Source: a virus
Lineage: Duplodnaviria; Heunggongvirae; Uroviricota; Caudoviricetes
Length of the DNA stretch: 39,769 bases
Direction: 5' to 3' (one strand)
Virus record (IMG/VR): IMGVR_UViG_2541047701_000005
Coordinates: 1 to 39,769 of that record
Position 1 is the stretch's first letter. The number at the start of each line of letters is the position of its first letter. The notes below the pieces were generated by a model. The model was not told the origin of the DNA and did not search any database. It saw only the letters and a program-made list of their open reading frames with translations. Position numbers and translations under genes: made by a program. Below, piece by piece: positions 33,943-39,769 of the stretch.

Positions 33943-34650
33943 ATGGATTTGAATAAATTCAATGAGCCATTCAGCCCTGAAGATATCGAATGGCGAATAC
34001 AGCAAAGCGGTAAAACACGCGATGGCAAAGTGTGGGCTATGGTGCTGGCTTATGTCACGAACCGGGCAATCATGAAACGCCTGGACGATGTTTGCGGCAA
34101 AGCAGGATGGCGCAATGAATACCGCGATATTCCCAACAACGGCGGCGTTGAATGCGGCATATCAATAAAGATTGATTCCGAATGGGTAACCAAATGGGAT
34201 GCTGCTGAAAACACGCAGGTAGAAGCCGTCAAAGGTGGTCGTTCCGGTGCAATGAAGCGCGCTGCCGTTCAGTGGGGAATCGGTCGGTATCTGTATAACC
34301 TTGAGGAAGGTTTCGCACAAACATCTATCGATAAAAAGCAGGGATGGCACAGGGCAAAACTGAAGGATGGAACAGGATTTTACTGGCTCCCTCCATCGCT
34401 GCCGGGATGGGCAATCCCAGCATCAGATAACAAACCATCACCAGAAAATACCAACCAGAAATCTCCATCGGTTGACTGCGAACAAATCCTGAAAGACTTC
34501 AGCGATTATGCGTCAACAGAAACTGACAAGAAAAAACTCATCGCGCGTTATCAGCATGACTGGCAATTAATGGCTGGCAACGAGGAGGCGCAGGCTAAAT
34601 GCGTTCAGGTAATGAACATCAGAGTTAACGAACTAAAACAGGCGGCATAA
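33943..34650 (+). CDS. Single-strand annealing protein (Rad52/Sak-like recombinase)
   Basis: 235 aa; EDIEWRIQQSGK...VLAYVTNRAIMKRLDDVCGKAGWRNEY is reminiscent of phage Rad52-family annealases; position upstream of ssb in the early-left recombination module. Confidence 0.6.
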   Translation: MDLNKFNEPFSPEDIEWRIQQSGKTRDGKVWAMVLAYVTNRAIMKRLDDVCGKAGWRNEYRDIPNNGGVECGISIKIDSEWVTKWDAAENTQVEAVKGGRSGAMKRAAVQWGIGRYLYNLEEGFAQTSIDKKQGWHRAKLKDGTGFYWLPPSLPGWAIPASDNKPSPENTNQKSPSVDCEQILKDFSDYASTETDKKKLIARYQHDWQLMAGNEEAQAKCVQVMNIRVNELKQAA

Positions 34651-35166
34651 ATGGGAAGTAGAGGCGTAAATAAGGTGATCATTATTGGTCGCCTTGGGCA
34701 TGATCCAGAAATCAGATATTCACCATCAGGAACGGCATTTGCAAACCTTACAGTTGCTACGTCAGAACAATGGCGTGATAAGCAAACTGGAGAGCAAAAG
34801 GAGCAGACGGAGTGGCACCGTGTGGTAATGAGCGGGAAACTGGCAGAAATTGCCAGCGAATATCTGCGAAAAGGCTCTGAGGTTTATCTTGAAGGAAAAT
34901 TGCGGACAAGAAAATGGCAGGATCAAAGCGGACAGGATCGGTTCACTACCGAAGTTATCGTGGGCGTTGGTGGAACCATGCAAATGCTTGGTGGCAAGCA
35001 AGGAATCAATGAACAGTCTTCACCTCAGCGAAATAACGGTCAGCAACAAAAACAGCAGCCTCAGAAGCAGGTAAATCACAGCGAACCACCTATGGAGTTT
35101 GACGACGATATACCTTTTGCGCCAGTAACCCTCCCCTTCCCTCGTCACGCTATTCACGCAATTTAA
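34651..35166 (+). CDS. ssb: Single-stranded DNA-binding protein SSB, with a 15-residue extension after the DDDIPF motif
   Basis: OB-fold N-terminus ([35 protein letters not shown]), Gln/Gly-rich linker, EFDDDIPF followed by [15 protein letters not shown] before the stop. Confidence 0.85.
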   Translation: MGSRGVNKVIIIGRLGHDPEIRYSPSGTAFANLTVATSEQWRDKQTGEQKEQTEWHRVVMSGKLAEIASEYLRKGSEVYLEGKLRTRKWQDQSGQDRFTTEVIVGVGGTMQMLGGKQGINEQSSPQRNNGQQQKQQPQKQVNHSEPPMEFDDDIPFAPVTLPFPRHAIHAI

Positions 35167-35179
35167 TCAGGAGAAAATC

Positions 35180-35476
35180 ATGCCAGCGCCTCTGTATGGT
35201 GCGGACGACGCGCGCCGCTGTTCCGGCAATTCCGTATTGGAGGTGCTGGAAAATATCAAAAACAATTTCGATGCATTTCTTACTCTGCCACCAGAAACAA
35301 AAGCAGAACGGATGTACCGACGCGATATACAACTCGCGCTAAAACAGGAGAAGGACCGAACAAACGAAACAGCAATGAGACCGTTGCGAAAAGCGACAAT
35401 AGACAAATTCCCTGAATATATCGACCCGCGCCTGCGTAATTACCGCTCACGCTATGGCGCTATCAGTAATGACTGA
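35180..35476 (+). CDS. Abc2-like protein (possible anti-RecBCD function)
   Basis: 98 aa (similar to my recollection of P22 Abc2 length), directly downstream of the annealase/SSB genes, AGGAG RBS; assignment by position and size only. Confidence 0.35.
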   Translation: MPAPLYGADDARRCSGNSVLEVLENIKNNFDAFLTLPPETKAERMYRRDIQLALKQEKDRTNETAMRPLRKATIDKFPEYIDPRLRNYRSRYGAISND

Positions 35477-35651
35477 GGAATTTACCATGAGAGGACTTGC
35501 ATACAATCCCGGCATTCTTCCGGCGGAAATGATTATTCGTCAACGCGTAAAGCCAATGCCATCGAGAGAGGAATTACTTAAGAGAAATTCTTTTCCTTCA
35601 GTGAATAAAAACAAATATCTGAATGCGATGTGGCGGAGTGGTAAGAAATGA
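35454..35651 (+). CDS. Hypothetical protein (65 aa)
   Basis: ORF in the early-left operon; start uncertain. Confidence 0.35.
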   Translation: MALSVMTEEFTMRGLAYNPGILPAEMIIRQRVKPMPSREELLKRNSFPSVNKNKYLNAMWRSGKK

Positions 35652-36046
35652 AACAAATGACACTAATTGAGATGGATGGTTTTCTGAAAGGCAAATGCAT
35701 CCCACGAGATTTAAAGGTTAACGAAACAAACGCTGAATATCTGGTGCGTAAATTTGCTGAAGCGGAGGCCAAGTGCGCGGCGCTGGCTGCTGAAGTTGAG
35801 GCTGTGAAATCAGCACATCAAGATGCTGTAAACACCATCATGTATACCGCCAATCGAACGGGTGTTTTATACACAGAGAAGGCAATTCAAATGTCCTGCA
35901 AAACCCCGGCCACCGACGCCTTCCTGGCTGAAGTGCGGGCGCAGGGGGTAGAGATGATGCGCGAACATCCATCAATCAAACTTTGCTCTTTGACGCACAT
36001 ATGTGACGAGTTAGCCGCCCAGCTTCGCAAAGGAGGCAACCAGTGA
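35648..36046 (+). CDS. Hypothetical protein (132 aa)
   Basis: Overlapping stop/start with neighbours; no recognisable motif. Confidence 0.45.
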   Translation: MKQMTLIEMDGFLKGKCIPRDLKVNETNAEYLVRKFAEAEAKCAALAAEVEAVKSAHQDAVNTIMYTANRTGVLYTEKAIQMSCKTPATDAFLAEVRAQGVEMMREHPSIKLCSLTHICDELAAQLRKGGNQ

Positions 36047-36627
36047 GCGAGATTAACTATCAGGCACTGCGTGAGGCGGCACAGAACGCGAAAAATTTAG
36101 GTGGGATTAAGAATTACAAGCGAGGCGAGCAAGCTGTTGCCGAATTTAAGTCCTTGATAACGCCACATATTGTGCTGGCGCTTCTGGAAGAACGGGAAAG
36201 AAACCTGCAATACATCAAACGCCGTGACCAGGAGAACGAGGATATTGCGCTAACGGTAGGGAAGCTGCGCGTTGAGCTTGAAGCAGCAAAATCAAAACTC
36301 AACGAGCAGCGTGAATATTACGAAGGTGTTATCTCGGATGGGAGTAAGCGTATTGCTGAACTGGAAGCACGGGAAATAAAACCAGCCAAAGGTGAAGTTC
36401 TTGTCGTTGTTTCTGGTTTTACTGGTTGCGGAAAAAGCGCCATTGCCGGGGAAATAGAAATCGCGATGAAGGCTATTGGTGTACCGGTTAAGTGGACTAA
36501 TGGCGATGCAGAAAAGCGCATGACTGGCGCTGACTGGCTGACAGCGATTGAGATGTACAAACCAACTGTGCGCATCGTGGAAGTTAATGTGCCACGCGCC
36601 GCTGGCATTCGCATCAAAGGAGAGTGA
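36043..36627 (+). CDS. Hypothetical protein (194 aa)
   Basis: Coiled-coil N-terminal half; overlapping stop/start with the upstream gene. Confidence 0.45.
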   Translation: MSEINYQALREAAQNAKNLGGIKNYKRGEQAVAEFKSLITPHIVLALLEERERNLQYIKRRDQENEDIALTVGKLRVELEAAKSKLNEQREYYEGVISDGSKRIAELEAREIKPAKGEVLVVVSGFTGCGKSAIAGEIEIAMKAIGVPVKWTNGDAEKRMTGADWLTAIEMYKPTVRIVEVNVPRAAGIRIKGE

Positions 36628-36628
36628 T

Positions 36629-36916
36629 ATGGCAACTTTGCAGGAATTAATCGACCTGACGCCAGAACAGGAAAAAGCGTGGAATCGCCTTGTGAAGGCT
36701 GTAAAGGATTTCAGGGCAGCCGGAGGAAAGTTTTATAGCGTCCTGGACACGCTGAGCGCATACAACGGCGAGCACGTTGCCAGCATTGATAACGATAAGG
36801 GCTACCACACTGCAAGCGTCTATATGCCTAGCATTGATGCGCCAGGGCTAACCAGTTGGGCTGATGATTGGCACGGCATCACGCTGAAAGATGGCGTTGA
36901 AGTGGATGAGGACTAA
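36629..36916 (+). CDS. Hypothetical protein (95 aa)
   Basis: Internal ATG with AAGGAGAG RBS immediately after the stop of the upstream gene. Confidence 0.45.
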   Translation: MATLQELIDLTPEQEKAWNRLVKAVKDFRAAGGKFYSVLDTLSAYNGEHVASIDNDKGYHTASVYMPSIDAPGLTSWADDWHGITLKDGVEVDED

Positions 36917-36919
36917 CAT

Positions 36920-37870
36920 ATGACAACTTTCACCGACAAAGAACTGATTAAAGAAATCAAAGAGCGCATAGGCAGCCTGGACGTTCGAGACAATATTGAG
37001 CGCCGTGCTTATGAAATTGCACTGGCATCACTGGAAGCAAAACCAATAGGTGCATTCCACATTGCAGAACAGCAAGTTGACGGCACAAGTGACTACCTCA
37101 AGGATGGAGAATGGCCTATTGATAATGGGATTATTGAAGTATACGCCGCCCCTCCAATGCCAGTAGTACCTGAAGAAAAACCAATGCCCAACCCTCTTAA
37201 AATGTACGCGGTCGATGCTGTTGCCGCTATTGCAGAGGTGAGAGGCTGGAATGCCTGCCGCGCCGCCATGCTTCAGGGTGTCGAACCTGCAAGTAATCAT
37301 GAAGAGTTGTCAGAGGAGAACGGATCATCGCTTCAATTGCGCAATTTAATCCGGCAGCGCCATGCTGAATGGTCAGATAAGACGTTTGGCTGTGTTGGTC
37401 CAGTTGGCCCGCTGAAACATCTCTCAAAAGAGGCACTGGAAGCCGCAGCCGAACCAGACGATCTTAGCGAGTGGGCTGATATGCAGTTTCTGTTGTGGGA
37501 TGCACAGCGCCGTGCTGGCATCAGCGATGCTGAAATTACCGCTGCTATGGAAGATAAATTGAAGATCAACATGGAGCGCCAGTGGCCTGAGCCAAAAGAT
37601 GGTGAGCCTCGCTTGCACATTAAAGAACCCGGCAACTCTCCGGTAACTCCGGATGGTTGGATAAGCTGTAGTGAGCGAATGCCTGAAAAGGGCCAGAACG
37701 TGCTTATTTCGGTGAATTTCGATAGCTCTCTGGTTGAACCGCTAATATGCTCCGCACGCTATACCGGAAGCACCTTTCGGCGCGGAGATGCAACGATTAA
37801 GCAGGGTAATGGTATTGAGCAAGCAACTCACTGGATGCCGCTACCGGAACCGCCGCAGGAGGTGAAATGA
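36920..37870 (+). CDS. Ea22-like protein (possible DUF550/DUF551-type two-domain protein)
   Basis: 316 aa; central region HAEWSDKTFGCVGPVGPLKHLSKEALEAAAEPDDLSEWADMQFLLWDAQRRAG and C-terminal PDGWISCSERMPEKGQNVLIS...HWMPLPEPP are reminiscent of domains common in lambdoid early-left ORFs. Confidence 0.4.
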   Translation: MTTFTDKELIKEIKERIGSLDVRDNIERRAYEIALASLEAKPIGAFHIAEQQVDGTSDYLKDGEWPIDNGIIEVYAAPPMPVVPEEKPMPNPLKMYAVDAVAAIAEVRGWNACRAAMLQGVEPASNHEELSEENGSSLQLRNLIRQRHAEWSDKTFGCVGPVGPLKHLSKEALEAAAEPDDLSEWADMQFLLWDAQRRAGISDAEITAAMEDKLKINMERQWPEPKDGEPRLHIKEPGNSPVTPDGWISCSERMPEKGQNVLISVNFDSSLVEPLICSARYTGSTFRRGDATIKQGNGIEQATHWMPLPEPPQEVK

Positions 37871-37931
37871 TGCTTGGCCTGAAGTATTTTATGTAATTGG
37901 TATTGCTATATTTTTATCTGGGGATAAACGA

Positions 37932-38174
37932 ATGTTCTCTCTGATTCAACGTGGTCAGATATACACCGATAGCGCTGGCTATCCAGTAAAAATCATTCGT
38001 AGTACTGATCACTCAGTGTTCTTCAAGAGGATGGATGGCTATCCTGGAAGAGTGTGCATCAGAAAATTCAATAATTTATTCGAACACATTGATCACAGAG
38101 AATATCACCAGATCCTGGCTGAAACAGAGCAGGAGAACCATCTGAAAAAATTACGTGCCATGCAAAGGAGATAA
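37932..38174 (+). CDS. Hypothetical protein (80 aa)
   Basis: ORF upstream of xis; no recognisable motif. Confidence 0.4.
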   Translation: MFSLIQRGQIYTDSAGYPVKIIRSTDHSVFFKRMDGYPGRVCIRKFNNLFEHIDHREYHQILAETEQENHLKKLRAMQRR

Positions 38175-38292
38175 ACCGGTAAAGGTGTTCGCGATAAGGG
38201 TGAATATCAGCAATGAATAACAATCCTCGCATTCGCGGGGATTTCTTTTATCTGAACTAGCTACGGCGGGTTTTGTTTTATGGAGATGATAA

Positions 38293-38460
38293 ATGCACTT
38301 CCGAGTCACAGGTGAATGGAATGGAGAGCCATTCAACAGAGTTGTCGAAGCAGAGAACATCAACGACTGCTATGACCACTGGATGCTATGGGCGCAGATA
38401 GCACATGCAGACGTAACCAATATTCGAATTGAAGAACTGAAAGAACACCAAGCCGCCTGA
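38293..38460 (+). CDS. Hypothetical small protein (55 aa)
   Basis: ATG with GGAG RBS; ends at a hairpin GCCGCC-TGA-TGGCGG plus TTTTTTC (terminator-like); below ORF-track cutoff; coordinates approximate. Confidence 0.35.
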   Translation: MHFRVTGEWNGEPFNRVVEAENINDCYDHWMLWAQIAHADVTNIRIEELKEHQAA

Positions 38461-38499
38461 TGGCGGTTTTTTCTTGCGTGTAATTGCGGAGACTTTGCG

Positions 38500-38718
38500 A
38501 TGTACTTGACACTTCAGGAGTGGAACGCACGCCAGCGACGTCCAAGAAGCCTTGAAACAGTTCGTCGATGGGTACGCGAGTGCAGGATATTCCCTCCTCC
38601 GGTTAAGGATGGAAGAGAGTATCTGTTCCACGAATCAGCGGTAAAGGTTGACTTAAATCGACCAATAACAGGTAGCCTTTTGAAGAGGATCAAAAATGGG
38701 AAGAAGGCGAAGTCATGA
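38500..38718 (+). CDS. xis: Excisionase Xis (lambda-type)
   Basis: 72 aa, MYLTLQEWNARQRRPRSLETVRRWVRECRIFPPPVKDGREYLFHESAVKVDLNRP is essentially identical to lambda Xis. Confidence 0.95.
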   Translation: MYLTLQEWNARQRRPRSLETVRRWVRECRIFPPPVKDGREYLFHESAVKVDLNRPITGSLLKRIKNGKKAKS

Positions 38719-39769
38719 GCGCCGGGATTTACCCCCTAATCTTTATATAAGAAACAATGGATATTACTGCTACAGGGACCCAAGGACGGGTAAAGAGTTT
38801 GGATTAGGCCGAGACAGGAGGATAGCAATCACTGAAGCAATACAGGCCAATATTGAGTTACTCTCAGACAGCGGACGCAAATCACTGATAGACAGAATTA
38901 AAGGCGCTGACTCAATCACTCTTCATGTGTGGCTTGACCGATATGAAACAATTCTCAGCGAGAGGGGCATCAGACCGAAAACTCTACTCGACTACGCCAG
39001 CAAAATCAGGGCAATCCGAAGAAAATTGCCGGACAAACCGCTCGCTGACATATCAACGAAAGAGGTGGCAGCAATGCTAAACACCTACGTAGCAGAAGGT
39101 AAAGCGGCTTCCGCAAAATTAATCAGGTCAACCCTTGTTGACGTTTTTCGTGAGGCAATAGCCGAGGGGCATGTAGCAACGAATCCGGTAACAGCAACCC
39201 GTACAGCAAAGTCAGAAGTAAGGCGCTCAAGGCTGACAGCTAATGAGTATGTCGAGATTTACCATGCAGCCGAACCTCTCCCTATCTGGCTAAGGCTGGC
39301 GATGGATTTGGCCGTCGTTACAGGGCAGAGAGTCGGCGATTTGTGCAGAATGAAATGGTCAGACATAAACGACAACCATCTTCACATTGAACAGAGTAAA
39401 ACAGGGGCTAAACTCGCCATTCCGCTAACGCTAACGATTGACGCGCTCAATATCTCATTGGCTGATACACTACAGAAATGCAGGGAGGCCAGCAGCAGTG
39501 AAACTATAATCGCATCAAAGCATCACGATCCGCTTTCCCCGAAAACAGTATCAAAGTATTTTACAAAGGCGAGAAATGCATCTGGACTCTCATTTGATGG
39601 AAACCCGCCAACATTCCATGAACTGCGTAGCCTGTCAGCGAGGCTATACCGGAACCAGATTGGCGATAAGTTTGCTCAACGTCTTCTCGGGCATAAATCA
39701 GACTCAATGGCGGCGCGGTATAGGGACAGCCGTGGACGGGAATGGGACAAAATTGAAATCGACAAATGA
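38696..39769 (+). CDS. int: Integrase (tyrosine recombinase, lambda Int-type)
   Basis: 357 aa, N-terminus MGRRRSHERRDLPPNLYIRNNGYYCYRDPRTGKEFGLGRDRRIAITEAIQANIEL and catalytic region HELRSLSARLY...LLGHKSDSMAARY match lambda Int; overlaps xis as in lambda. Confidence 0.95.
   Translation: MGRRRSHERRDLPPNLYIRNNGYYCYRDPRTGKEFGLGRDRRIAITEAIQANIELLSDSGRKSLIDRIKGADSITLHVWLDRYETILSERGIRPKTLLDYASKIRAIRRKLPDKPLADISTKEVAAMLNTYVAEGKAASAKLIRSTLVDVFREAIAEGHVATNPVTATRTAKSEVRRSRLTANEYVEIYHAAEPLPIWLRLAMDLAVVTGQRVGDLCRMKWSDINDNHLHIEQSKTGAKLAIPLTLTIDALNISLADTLQKCREASSSETIIASKHHDPLSPKTVSKYFTKARNASGLSFDGNPPTFHELRSLSARLYRNQIGDKFAQRLLGHKSDSMAARYRDSRGREWDKIEIDK

Overview
The window is essentially one ~39.8-kb temperate phage genome in prophage gene order, running from the tailspike stop codon (nt 1-3, minus strand) to the integrase stop codon (nt 39767-39769, plus strand); attachment-site junctions lie outside it. 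All calls are by-eye reading of the supplied ORF translations and sequence, with no database search; non-ORF coordinates may be off by 1-2 nt. The genome is a mosaic. (1) Minus strand, 1-21400: a P22-like virion module (tailspike, ejection proteins gp16/gp20/gp7, gp14, tail needle, gp10, gp4, coat, scaffold, portal, TerL, TerS). An intact 1954-bp IS21-family element (istA/istB, 5-bp target duplication ACTGG) is inserted between TerL and portal and rewrites the TerL C-terminus. (2) 21400-30300, minus strand: KilA-N moron, phage-21-type lysis cassette (pinholin, SAR endolysin, Rz/Rz1), a tRNA-like remnant, pR'/tR', Q, nin region (NinH, RusA, YbcO, NinF, NinE, NinB), Ren, DnaC-like loader, O-like initiator with ori iterons, cII, P22-type nutR, cro. 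(3) 30300-32200: lambda-type OR1-3, cI, then an unrecognised two-gene cassette in the position lambda uses for rexA-rexB, terminator, lambda-type OL/PL. (4) 32200-39769, plus strand: P22-type nutL and N, cIII, Rad52-like annealing protein, SSB, Abc2-like, several unknown ea-region ORFs, lambda-type xis and int. (5) Between gp16 and tailspike (2176-5702): a rearranged immI-like antirepressor region (Arc-like RHH, Bro-N protein, Ant, candidate sar-like antisense RNA, Mnt-like RHH) plus a lambda-CI-like paralog lacking the catalytic serine, followed by a secreted protein. The best candidates for an undescribed system are the rex-position cassette (31117-31912) and the CI-like paralog plus secreted protein (4587-5678).
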